Positions 1 to 10,768 of a stretch of DNA of 45,142 bases are shown piece after piece; positions within the stretch are counted from its first letter, which is position 1; every line of letters begins with the position of its first letter. A program made the position numbers and the translations under genes. Under the pieces are notes generated by a model. The model ran no database searches. It worked only from the letters and a program-made list of their open reading frames with translations, and had not been told where the DNA came from. Location of the stretch: positions 1 through 45,142 of the forward strand of contig KZ538838.1 of assembly GCA_000934665.2 (NCBI GenBank), read 5' to 3'. The stretch is from Catajapyx aquilonaris. Lineage: Eukaryota.

Positions 1-1366
1 CTCCTGTCAGCTGCATGATAATAGGACGCCCTATCGCCCAAAGCGCGGGGGAGTACATTTACACACACATTCGAAAGAAGTCATGCGCCATTTCTCACCT
101 AACCTCTTTTTTTTTTTTTTAAAAAAAAAAAAGCATATATGCAAAAAAAGAGAAAAATCACAGGAAATGTTAATCACGTGTCCACTACCACATGAAGGTC
201 TAATTAGTCTGGTGCCAGCCTTCGAATGCTCCATAAAGTGTTTTATTAAGCAGCAATGAGCTTTGGCCTCCACAATATTTAGATGCACGATTAACTTTGA
301 AGAAAAAAAAGGACCTTTTAAGTTATCAAGCCGAAAGGACAATAAAGCCGCTACTTTTTCTATCGCGGAGGTAAACTATTTTTTTGACTCAATTATACGA
401 CTCGCTGATTACACTGCAATATCATTCACCCGGTTAACCTTCAGGTGTAACCAAAGTTACGGAATTGGTTTTTCGGGTTGGACATATCGAAGGTTAACTT
501 GGAAGATTTGGGGGACGTAAAGCACTTGGACAATCAGCAGGGTAGGCAGCTTCATTGGCCTTTGTCCCGATGTGTCGCGTTTCAACACACTCCAAGTTGT
601 CGTTAGGGAGTCTTAAAGCCCTTATTTATTTCTAGAACCAGGCCGTGGTCGTGTTAATGGTACGATAAAGCTGTCCAGGATGTTGAAAAGCTTACGTTGG
701 GTAAAACCTCATCGCGTGTCTGATATTACCGGGCTTAAATACTCGGGCTTAATCTTATTAGAGAAAATGTGCACGTGGCTTTTTTTTCAGGCGTAATTAC
801 TGTTCAATGTCAAAGTGATTGTGACCGGAGGAGGAAAATATTGCGCTTAAAACCGGTTCCTCTTTTGTGCATCTCACCTTCCATTTTTCACTGTCATTGA
901 TGCACTTTTAAGTACTGGCTATTTTCAATCCGGAACGTTTTCCAGCACGTAACTTCACTCACGTAAGAGATATCTGCGCCAATTACAGCCATGGCAGCTA
1001 CCTTGAGCACACGCGCTAAACCACCGAGCTGTAAAACCCGTGCGTACACGTGGGTAAATCCGACAAGGATCTTTATAAAAGTTGCAGTTTAATATCCCAC
1101 TAAAGACCGTGACTCACCATAGCTGTTTGGTGATACGTGACGGGCAATAAAAATACTTTACTGTCGAATTTAAAAGCCGATCAATTCCGTCTTGCCATAC
1201 ATGACTTAGGCCTACTTGGGTTAGTATCTGAGCCTTTAAAAATTAAACGTGTAACAAGTTATTATTCAGTTATTAATTATTAGTGAAATATTTATGCAGC
1301 CATTAATTATTATTAGTGAAATATTTATCCGGTTATTTATTATTAGTGCAATATTTATTTACGTAT

Positions 1367-1589
1367 TATTAGTTAATATTATTTTGTTTAATGTTATTAG
1401 TGAAATACTGTATTTATTTAGTTATTGTATTATAGCTACATAATTATTCCTTTGCATATTATTAAATATTGATGATTAAATATTAGTTAATATTTGTTTG
1501 TTTAATATTATTAGTGAAATACTGTATTTTTATTTAGTTATTGCATTATAGCTACATAATTATTCCTTAGCATATTATTAAATATTGAT
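1367..1589. repeat. AT-rich degenerate tandem duplication (~115-bp unit, 2 copies) in a low-complexity tract (~1255-1650)
   Basis: TTATTAGTGAAATACTGTATTT...TTATAGCTACATAATTATTCC...GCATATTATTAAATATTGAT occurs at ~1367-1473 and ~1481-1589. Confidence 0.85.
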
Positions 1590-4248
1590 TTAGTCATTTT
1601 ATTAGCTACATATTCATTTGCATATTATTAGTTAAATAAATTAGTTATTGTCCATAGTTATCTCTTTAATTCTTTAATTTGACCAAACTAATATTCTTCC
1701 CATTTCATCGTAATTAATGGTACGCCAACTGTTTGGTGTTTTATGTTCCGAGTGGCAGCCAAATATTCAGGATAGGTCTACTAACTAATCATATTTTTCT
1801 CCCGCCTGAGAATCAAACCGATGAGAGCTGTACCCTGAAGCTCTGCATGGGAAATGGAGGGGATATAAATCACTCCCGAAAATTATTCCATTTGTGCAAC
1901 ATGCGATAAAAATGGAATCACCTGGTGTAATCAGTCCGCAGCAGTTGTTCGGCGACGCCCGACCATTTTTAACCCTTCTCTATAAATAAACCCCCCTCCT
2001 TGAATTCCAAACCATTATAAAAATGTGAACACCCCTCTTTTGAAAAAAACAGTCTCCGTCGTCAAGATATTCCAGAGGATCAATGGGTCAAGTTGCGCGT
2101 TCCATGGCCAACAACTGGTGTCTGGAGATTACCCCCAGAGAACAAGAGGGCAGGTGGTCACTGCGACTTTGGCCTGCCTTCCTCGCATACTTCCTTCCTT
2201 CCTTCCGTTCACCAAAACCACCCTTCTTCTTATATGGCAACCGGGCTCGGATTCCCCAACTCGGTTCCCACGCTCTCATGGCCCACCCCACCGACCCTCC
2301 AAAAACCCCTCCGACATCTGCACTCATATTGCCAGACCCTTCTTCCATGTCATTTGCACGTGAGGCTAATCTGGGCCGCATGCTCAGATGACTGCACACA
2401 CAACCCTCCAAAAGAATGGGAGAAAAAATTAACAATAATATGAGGCACAAGCCAAAAAGCTACAATGGGAAGAATGCAAACAATTCTGTGTGGGTCAATT
2501 GGTGAGATGCAGGTAATGGATTATCGCATGGGGGTTTTTTTTGGTGAGAAGTGAGACAATAGGTGAACAATGTTATCAATCAGAATTGTGTGGAATTATC
2601 TGTTGGTTATCTGGAGTAGGGCTCGTGTGTAAGTGCGCATGTTTTGTTGATACAGCGTAAATTGTGCTGCGATTGTGGCCGGTTAATTAACGTGAACTCC
2701 GCACACGATATGGGAAGTGTAATCAATCAACTCGTTTTGAAGATATCAAACTAAGTGACGATTGTTTAAAAGCAAAGGATTATGTATATGTACGCATGAT
2801 ATATAATCGAGATTTTATCGCTAGTTTTGTTGTGGAACCGGCCCAAAGGTGACATTACAAATTACGATTCATACGCGGATAGCCTATATCGATTATGAGC
2901 GTTCATTTTTAATATACGCTATTCAATTCATTTGAATAAGTATTTTCATCAAATGAAAGGAAACATTGCTGAGGGATTATTGAGTCGATATTTTAACTCA
3001 AAATATTTTAAGTGTAGAGAAAGTGAACACTTGGAAGCGGATTTATTTATGTTGAGTGTAACGTCCTTTCTATGATGTTAGCTGTGGCGCAACCTCCGTA
3101 AACATCAAAACGCACCTCACGACATCTCCTTATTAGGAATAATCCTTTGCAAAGAGCGAGTTTTCCCCACTGAATAAGGCGAGGATTATTTATTAGCCTT
3201 ATTATATTACACTATAGCCCATGTTCTTACCTGACATCTTGCCAAGATTCTATGGTCTCTACACTGTACTGTATAAAATGTACATATGCTGATTTCCATT
3301 AGAAGTAGGCTATTCATAAATACATGGCACCGAATCCAGTTTTGAGGTGCGAAGACCTTGTTAGCTACTTCAGTTGTGAAACATCCTACCTGAGCTGCTA
3401 AGCAGGTTCACTCATGACTTTTGCCCCTTTCCTTCTGGGCCTAAAAACGCAAGGTTCTTCCTCTCATAGAAACCATTTTGCTCATGGCCATTCATGACTC
3501 TGACGTATTGTTTGTACTCCTCTATCTCCCTCACAAGCTACCGGCACGCACTTTAAAAAATTTGACCTAAAGTACGATATGACCATCAGCCTTTTTATAC
3601 GCGCACGAACATCCGGGTCATCATCCTGAGGTGATCCATCACTTTTTTGTTTTATTTTTGCTCGCACACGTTTCTCATGCAAACCCATAATTGGAACCAC
3701 TCCGCTAATATTTAACCAGTGCCAATTGTAGCATCGCCAGGTAAGTGACCGTTAGAGTCATCGGGTCGAATCAGTGGGCTTCCTTCCGTTGGATCCAATT
3801 CAATCTCAACCGTCCCCACCTGACTTTTAGTCCACCTACGCCCCACCATTTTTTTTTACCTGAAAATCACGCATCGTTGGTGATCCTTCAACTGGAAATC
3901 TGAATGAAAACGGCCTCCTTCGTCCGGCAGATGTTAAAACATTTCGCAAGTGAATCAGTGAAAGTCAACGGATTTTTCATCCTAAAAATTAAGATCCGTA
4001 CCTAGTCCTTGGCACCAAATGAGCACGTGCGACAATTACAGTCCCGATAATAATTTTTGCTCACACCTTGACTTGGACTTTGCCTTGATAAGACTCCCAC
4101 CAAGCACGTGTGAAGGTTGACACGCGTTGTCTCAACATGTGTCAGTCCCAGGTTAGAAGATAGTGTGATGTACCCACGCTAAAATAAAACTCCAGCCAAT
4201 AGAATGGACGATGTAAGGCTTTGGAATGTGGCGGCAAGGCGAGCTGCC

Positions 4249-4269
4249 CACCTGCCGCATTTTCCCACA
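4249..4269 (-). promoter_or_regulatory. Distal proneural E-box plus Su(H) site pair
   Basis: CACCTGC (=GCAGGTG) at 4249-4255 lies 6 bp from TTCCCACA (=TGTGGGAA) at 4262-4269, ~1.9 kb upstream of the E(spl) gene. Confidence 0.5.
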
Positions 4270-4620
4270 CTGGAGGGAGGAAATGGAAGAAGGTAAAAGG
4301 AGACGGGTGACAAGCGTTTCATGGTATAGGGGTGGGTGGGTGGGTGAGGCCTCACACCCCCCTCCGGCCCTAAAACTTTTTTTTGTGTATATACCTAGAT
4401 TTTTTTTACCTGGGGCTCGTGCCCAGCAAAGCGGAACCGCATACCTGCAATGATTCATGCAATGGATGATACCATATCTGGCCGCTTCCTTATTCCTCTA
4501 ATTGCGACCATTGTTATCTGGAGCGTATGATTGCTCTGGGTCAGCATATTGTCACGAGTGGGATGATTGGTAAAAAAAAAATGGGATGAAATTCCATTAA
4601 AATTGTTATTAGTAATTTCA

Positions 4621-4850
4621 CCCCGGTTCGGACTGAGGATACTTATGTGGATAGTGTTTTGATGGGTTCTCTAAGTGTTCGAGTGGGTTTTTTCGGGGCT
4701 CTCCCGTTTCTTCCCACATATGCAAATATCCATCACACCACAGGCAATGATTAAAGATGATTTATACAAATATTATCCTCTAAGAGGCCCAATGATGAGG
4801 CCTATCCAGGGCCTATCACGGGGTATCTATTACTAGTAATTAATAATAAT
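4621..4850 (+). mobile_element. Degenerate SINE remnant with V-domain-like core
   Basis: B-box-like GGTTCGGACT at ~4625. GTTCTC..GTG..GAGTGGGTTTTTTCGGGGCTCTCCCGTTTCTTCCCACA resembles the V-SINE central domain as I recall it. Ends in ATCACGGGGTA and a (TAA)n-like tail. Confidence 0.45.
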
Positions 4851-5625
4851 TTTATTACTTACAGTACATTAGTTTGCATTAGTGTTATATAATAGTTTAT
4901 ATTAAAGCCTACAGTTATATTAATGTACTATGTACATTACGGTTATATTAGTGAACTGAGACGATTGTGCATTTTGAGCGATATAGTACATTTCGGTTAT
5001 ATTAGTGTACATTATATAGCTATATACGTACATTAGTCTATATTTATATTATTTTGTATTACAGTATTTGTTTATATAATTTTTTAATGATTATTATGGC
5101 GTGTTTTAGAGAAGAATTGAGGTTTTGAGAATGGTTGGTGTGTGAATCGGGGTTTCTGGGAAAGGTGACTGATTGATCACGCCATGTTGTGGCATTTTGA
5201 TGACCGCGGGTGTCGGACGTTTCGTAAGCGGAATTTCCAGACCTGAATGGTGCCTGGAACCCAGGAAATATGTGCGAGGCTCAGTGGCACGCAGTTTATA
5301 CCTTGTATTATGCGGAGTTTTCAATAGCTAGGAGGACGGCCGTGTTACGTTGTATATGTTATAGCTGGCGGCCAGTATGCGAAAAAAATAGCTGGCATTA
5401 TGTCTGGTTGGATTTATGACTGTTGCAAAGATGCGACGCACGAAAAGTGCAATCAAAGTCTGCATTGTACCAAGGTGTACGAATTGCATAGCTGAAATGC
5501 TAGCCAATATTTTTGTCTAATATAGTTATAAGTAGCCAATAATTTTTACGGTCAATCTTTCATTTTCTGAAGTGATCCATGAAGTTTTTTTTTTGCATGT
5601 GACATCAAGTGCTCACATAAGCTTC

Positions 5626-5752
5626 CGCGTGCCTCAAGCCGTCACGTGTAATAAAAAATCGCACACGTGCCTACATGTGCCATATCTCCCAGCTGCAATT
5701 ACCAACAATGCACACGCCTGCATAAAATCACAAACCAATCAGCAACCACGCG
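5626..5752. promoter_or_regulatory. Cluster of HES/E(spl) class B/C binding sites with a proneural E-box and CCAAT box
   Basis: CGCGTGCC 5626-5633, CACGTG 5643-5648, CACGTGCC 5664-5671, CATGTGCC 5674-5681, CAGCTGC 5690-5696, CCAAT 5735-5739, CACGCG 5747-5752. Confidence 0.6.
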
Positions 5753-6004
5753 CCCCGATACATTCCTAATCAATTCCATATCACCACCTTTTTTTATATA
5801 TACATATGGAACTAGTATGCTGCAATAATCCCTCACTTTTTCTCCCCCTCCCTTCATATTCTTAGGCCTATATCTCTCCCTCCCCCTCTGGGCGGGTCGC
5901 CAAGCAGCCGTCAATGTGCAGGGCAGATGCCGGTCCCACAAGACAAGACAAGAAGGCAAGCAGGCATCAGGCAGGCAGGCAGGCAGCCCTTGAGCCAGAA
6001 GACT

Positions 6005-6052
6005 ACAGGTGGCAAAACTGGTGGGAACTCGGATCGGCGGGAGGTTCCCACG
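6005..6052 (+). promoter_or_regulatory. Su(H)/CSL paired site (SPS) with adjacent proneural E-box (SPS+A module)
   Basis: ACAGGTG 6005-6011; GTGGGAA 6021-6027, then a 17-nt spacer (6028-6044), then inverted TTCCCACG 6045-6052; ~35 bp upstream of the TATA box. Confidence 0.9.
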
Positions 6053-6085
6053 CTGGCCACGGGCCTGACACACACCTGGCCTCGG

Positions 6086-6124
6086 TATATAAATCCAGGG
6101 ACCGGCCCCTTGCTCCCTTCATTC
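6086..6124 (+). promoter_or_regulatory. Core promoter of the E(spl) gene: TATA box and arthropod-type initiator
   Basis: TATATAAA 6086-6093; TCATTC (TCAKTY) 6119-6124 gives a predicted TSS near 6121, 76 nt before the ATG. Confidence 0.75.
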
Positions 6125-6196
6125 TGGTCTGTGCCTACAACCAGTGAGGATCTCTCTACTCCCCAACTGTGCTTCAATCTGCAACACGTGTTTAAC

Positions 6197-6259
6197 ATGG
6201 CTCCCGTCGAGGTTCAGTACTACGAGCAGCCTATCTCCAGGACATACCAGTACCGAAAG
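6197..6259 (+). CDS. E(spl): E(spl)-type HES repressor, coding exon 1 (MAPVEVQYYEQPISRTYQYRK)
   Basis: ATG at 6197; the SRTYQYRK pre-basic motif is typical of E(spl) bHLH proteins; donor AAG|gtcagt at 6260, phase 0. Confidence 0.92.
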
Positions 6260-6404
6260 GTCAGTACACTCATACTGTTTGTATATAGTGTTGCCAACAG
6301 CTAGTTTCGGTTTCTCCAACTGAATCAGTTAGAGAAACCCGGACATTTCCTAGCTATACTTGACACAAAATGGCAGTTAGTTAACTGATTGTTTTTACCA
6401 TCAG

Positions 6405-7022
6405 GTTATGAAGCCGTTGCTTGAGCGTAAGCGTCGTGCACGGATCAACCGGTGCTTGGATGAGCTGAAGGAGTTGATGGTTGGTGCACTGCAGACTGAG
6501 GGCGAGAATGTGGCTAAGATGGAGAAGGCGGATGTCTTGGAGCTGACTGTGCGACATTTGCATAAGCTGAAGCGTCAACAGTTGCTGTCTGGCAACCCGA
6601 TGCGTGAACTGGATCGATTCAGGTCAGGGTTCACTCATTGCGCCAATGAGATCTCGCGTTGTTTGGCTACCATCCCTGGTGTGGACATCCATTTGGGGAC
6701 CAAGTTGATGACCCACTTGGGACATACCCTGAACCATCTGAGCACTGATGAGGCGCCGCAGAAGAAGGCGGTACCGCTGACTGTGCACGTACCGCAGCAG
6801 ATGTGCAGTCCTCCAGATTCGCCCCAGTCATCCGTGTCAAGCAACCTGACTCTCCGTACCACCCTGACTCCGGTGTCTGTCATCTCCAGCGGGTACTGCA
6901 GCGGATGCGAGTCTTGTCCGTCCCCGTGTGGAAGCACCACCCGAGCAATGCCTGGTCTTCTTCAGATTGCATCGCCGACACTGACGTCGTCGTCTGCCCA
7001 GGACCTGTGGCGACCGTGGTAA
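6405..7022 (+). CDS. E(spl): E(spl)-type HES repressor, coding exon 2 (bHLH, Orange domain, Ser/Pro-rich region, WRPW); spliced protein 226 aa
   Basis: Acceptor ccatcag|GTT after a 145-nt intron (6260-6404) restores RK|VMKPLLERKRRARIN. KMEKADVLELTVRHL helix 2, Orange domain FRSGFTHCANEISRCL...LMTHL, C-terminal WRPW-stop. Confidence 0.97.
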   Translation, partial: VMKPLLERKRRARINRCLDELKELMVGALQTEGENVAKMEKADVLELTVRHLHKLKRQQLLSGNPMRELDRFRSGFTHCANEISRCLATIPGVDIHLGTKLMTHLGHTLNHLSTDEAPQKKAVPLTVHVPQQMCSPPDSPQSSVSSNLTLRTTLTPVSVISSGYCSGCESCPSPCGSTTRAMPGLLQIASPTLTSSSAQDLWRPW

Positions 7023-7670
7023 ATAGGACAATTGCCAACCTGATTGTGAGAGCGGATTCAAAAATGTTGTGAATTTTTGTCGGGATTGTGGTCACTAGAG
7101 CGCATTGTTTTGTGACATTGACTAAGTCAATATGGTACTGGTCTTTTGTTGAAATCAAAAAAATGTGCCTGGTGGGGGATAGATTTTTTTTTGTGGGCAA
7201 GACGAATCAAATGTTCAGTTAGTTTGCAGGACAAATGTAGAGCTGATTTAAAGTCTTGTCTGGTTTTTAAAGCCCTATAGATTTTAAACCACATTGAACT
7301 CAACAGTCAATAATATTTGGAAACATGATTTTTTGCAAATGTAAGGGTTCACGGGGTAGTTACGCACTCGAGCACTTCACGATAATTGGATTGCACGTAG
7401 GATATGCACATGCTGTGGCAAAGTACAAATACATTTCAAGTGCAGTGATTTTGATTGATGTTTTTTGATGCAGTACAAACTAGCTCTGCATTATTGTTTC
7501 AACTTTGTTGCAGCAGCTTGGATTTTTTTCTTAATTTTTTTTTCTTTCGTAATGTTTAGTTTCTCACGTTGGGCTTTCAAGTTGAGTTTTGTGGTTTAGT
7601 GTTATAGGATATAGAGAGATTGCAAAGAGTAGCTGTATCGTTGGATTGTTTTGTCTTCAATGTAATGTTA

Positions 7671-7677
7671 AGCTTTA
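7671..7677 (+). promoter_or_regulatory. Brd-box (miR-4/miR-79 seed site) in E(spl) 3' UTR
   Basis: AGCTTTA, upstream of the poly(A) signal and co-occurring with GY- and K-boxes. Confidence 0.75.
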
Positions 7678-7791
7678 AATGCACATTCTTTTTCATTTTT
7701 CGAAGAAGAGACTGTTAGGGTACAATCAAGTTAGAGGTTAAGTAAGAATAATATTCATGAAGTTTGTGTTGTTGAAATAGAAGTATCCAAT

Positions 7792-7799
7792 GTCTTCCA
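7792..7799 (+). promoter_or_regulatory. GY-box (miR-7 8mer site) in E(spl) 3' UTR
   Basis: GTCTTCCA. Confidence 0.8.
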
Positions 7800-7852
7800 A
7801 AGTTCACCACACCGATTTCCCAGTGAACCTCTGAAGTGTCACAATGTGGACA

Positions 7853-7874
7853 CTGTGATAACAAACCTGTGATA
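7853..7874 (+). promoter_or_regulatory. Two tandem K-boxes (miR-2 family sites) in E(spl) 3' UTR
   Basis: CTGTGATA at 7853-7860 and at 7867-7874. Confidence 0.85.
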
Positions 7875-7914
7875 AGATATAATGTGTATGAATAGAAAAA
7901 AATCCTGAAATGGG

Positions 7915-7920
7915 AATAAA
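7915..7920 (+). terminator. Polyadenylation signal of the E(spl) gene
   Basis: AATAAA 40 nt after the K-boxes; implies a 3' UTR of ~0.9 kb. Confidence 0.75.
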
Positions 7921-10652
7921 TTATTTTTGTGAACAACTCTTAACCAAACTCTTCCTCATTTTCATCCCTCATCAATTACAGGAATTGCAGGTAACTCTAA
8001 TCCACAGGTGGTATAGTACGCCATATAGGGTAAACAATCTCCAAGCCAACTTATTTTTCTTGGAACTACTTGTAAGTAGCCTACTTGGACAGTGACCTAC
8101 TAGTTTTAAAAATAGTCATGCAACCTGCAATGAAACGCTATTTATGTTGCAACCAGTTAAAATAAATTTATTGTAAAGTTCGTAGAGCTTTGTCTAGTCC
8201 TTTCCAGGAGATATTGAATATTTACGAGTTCCAAATATTGAAACCACTTAGCAGTTATTAAGTGAAAGTTAACTAGCCACTAATAGGCCTACTTTGAATT
8301 ACAATACAAGTAACTGATTATGCAGTATTTTAAACCACTTACTGCCGGATAGTCGCGCTAACAGCAAGGGATGTTGAATTTCAAACACCTGCACCAAATG
8401 ATCAAGATTTTTCGGTCATTAAATGCCACAGTTCATACACAATCAGGATCATAAGTAGAGAACTGATTTATAGGGTTTTACCCACTTTTTATTGTTTATT
8501 CTGTGGTCAGACCACCGGAACCAAAATATCTATCCGTTTCATAACACAAGGACCTCAAAAATCGTAACCTAAAATGGGCAATTTCGGATGTTGGAACCTA
8601 AAGGGCCTATTAGCGCCTATTTTCACCAATTTCTACCTTTTTGACGCCGTTTTGTAAGATTTTCGAGAGTTGTGTGGGTTTTCCGTTCTTAAAGCAATCC
8701 CTCCCACTTCAACATGTGCAGGACGAAGAAGCTGTGTGAGTATGCCAGATGAACTGTCTATAGAAGACATTTCACTTTTCAAGTACGATCCAGTTGCTTT
8801 GTGTGAGGTCAAAAAGGGTCAAAAGGTCATTTTCTGCGTGTAGAAATGTATTGTCTGATAGGCGTCGCCGAATAACTGAATATATGGAACAACTGCTCGT
8901 TTGTTACTGTGCTACAAAATTCCATGGCCAAGATAGGCTGTAGTAATGAAAATAAATTAGGACCTGCTTGTTTCTTCTTGCTCCATACTGCCTTGAGCCT
9001 ATTATGACTGTTTTCAGGACCTAAATGCCTACCTATTTGAGGGGGGTTTCAGGGTTTTTTAGAGCCTAAAAATCCGTTCCTTGCTCATAAGGATGGGTAA
9101 TTCGCCATATTTGCCGAAAGCACACTGCCAGCATCTCTCTGAATTTAACACTTGATATGGTTTATTTAAAATTTAGAACCAAACAGTTGCAACAGGGACA
9201 ACTATAGAAGTGCACTTTGTGTTTTGGCATTTAATCTGGTGTTATACCTCCGGGTTAAAATTTTAAAATCATCAAACCTATAGAACAGAATTAGACTTTA
9301 GCCTAATGGTGCGTAATTACGATTCCTGAAGTTTTAGCTTGGTAATGAATTCTCCGGTGCAGTGGTACAGTACACGTCCAGTCCACGAGGTGCACGGTGA
9401 GTCGGAAACCGGAATGACGTCTCCAGGTATAGGCCTATGAATAAAATCTGCATCGATATTACTATATCTTACCTACTGTAGGTTTACTAGGCATATATAG
9501 ATATTTGGGAAACAGTAGGTCCGATTGTTTTCACAACTCAAGGAATAGCTATCGGAAAACTGTGTTTGATTTTTTCATCAGAAATTATTGGGGACATTTT
9601 TCACTTAATATTATATAATTATTAAAGCAGACAACTAAATAAATAGGCTACTGCTGAGTGCTGGGTAGGGTAAACCTTGAACCATCCCTGGGATTAAACC
9701 TTTTAGCACGTTTAAAAATATATATATTCACGGCATTCTGCTGTAGTGAGTTGTGATTTCACGGGTGTGGTAGAACCAATAGAGTGTCAGCTGATTTAAA
9801 GCACTAGCCAAAACGGATGCTATATGGGAACATGGACCTCCACAAGGGGTAATTTTGAAAGGTGAAAAATCGCGGATCAAAATGTGATTCATAAGCCACG
9901 TGGAGGTTTCATCAGTGGTCATTTATATAATGAATCGCATATTCCCCGTACGTCAACTCACTCCGATAAAATGCTGCATCGTAGATGTCTCAATTCAAAC
10001 TAATTTTCCGTTTCAGTTTGCGATTCTCCAAAGTAAGTTACAGTGAAGTAACTTTCGAACTACAGAGTTACTTGGCATGGGACAATCTCAACTTGCAAAA
10101 TCCGGATTCAAGCCATTGACATGGGAAACCAATATTCCTTCCAAACGGCGGATTCCCAATATAATAAGTTCAGAAAATCATTGAAATTTAGAGCCTTTCA
10201 TGCAAACTTATATTATTATCAGTTGATATTAAGCACATAAATAATAAGCAAGTTATTGTCAGAAATTGCTAATTGAAATAGAGCGTTATACAGAGTACTA
10301 GCTGTGTTTTGGATTCCCCTGATGAATACACAACGGACTGTGGACGTAGGCTACTAACACCATGAAGAGAATTTCATTGTGTTAGTACGACCATAATAAT
10401 ATGTATTTGTAGGATGATAAATGCTACTGACTATGGAAAGGTTAAGTGCATTGATGATAATAATTAATAAATTCCTACAAAATTGAATTCTATTCTTCCT
10501 CATTAATAAAGCGTGTGTATTTCAAACAAGTCATGTTGCTTTGAATTCAGGCATTAATAAAGATATCAGGTCGCTGCACGGAAAGATCTGGGTCCTGACG
10601 TCACCGTGTAAACAATGACTTCCAACAATGTCACTCAAAACTGATTGCTGTG

Positions 10653-10768
10653 ATGTCCCCCTTGCCTTTCATCACAAAACACGATCCATCAGGTAGGCCC
10701 CCTACGCCACGAGTTACTGGACTGGATGACATCTAGCGGCCACACTAGGACTACCAGCACAACGCATC
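10653..10768. repeat. Dispersed direct repeat, copy 1 (contains CTCF-like motif on - strand)
   Basis: Core 10711-10761 matches 12080-12130 at 47/51 nt; shared ATGTCCCC(C)TTGCCTT upstream. Confidence 0.85.

Noticed and set aside
1255..1650. Repeat-spacer-like pattern (TTATTAGTGAAATA recurring) as a CRISPR-like array
   Set aside because: Low-complexity eukaryotic AT-rich repeats; the intervening segments are not unique and no cas genes are present.
2025..2450. Four overlapping ~100-120 aa ORFs as a possible Bearded-family gene
   Set aside because: No basic amphipathic helix or NxxN motif; more likely a GC-richer enhancer region (Su(H) site at 2265).
7653..7659. GTCTTCA as a second GY-box
   Set aside because: Mismatch inside the miR-7 seed match.
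8806..8829. Three RGGTCA half-sites (DR4 plus DR2)
   Set aside because: Lies in a stretch that looks repeat-derived and has no other support as a nuclear-receptor element.
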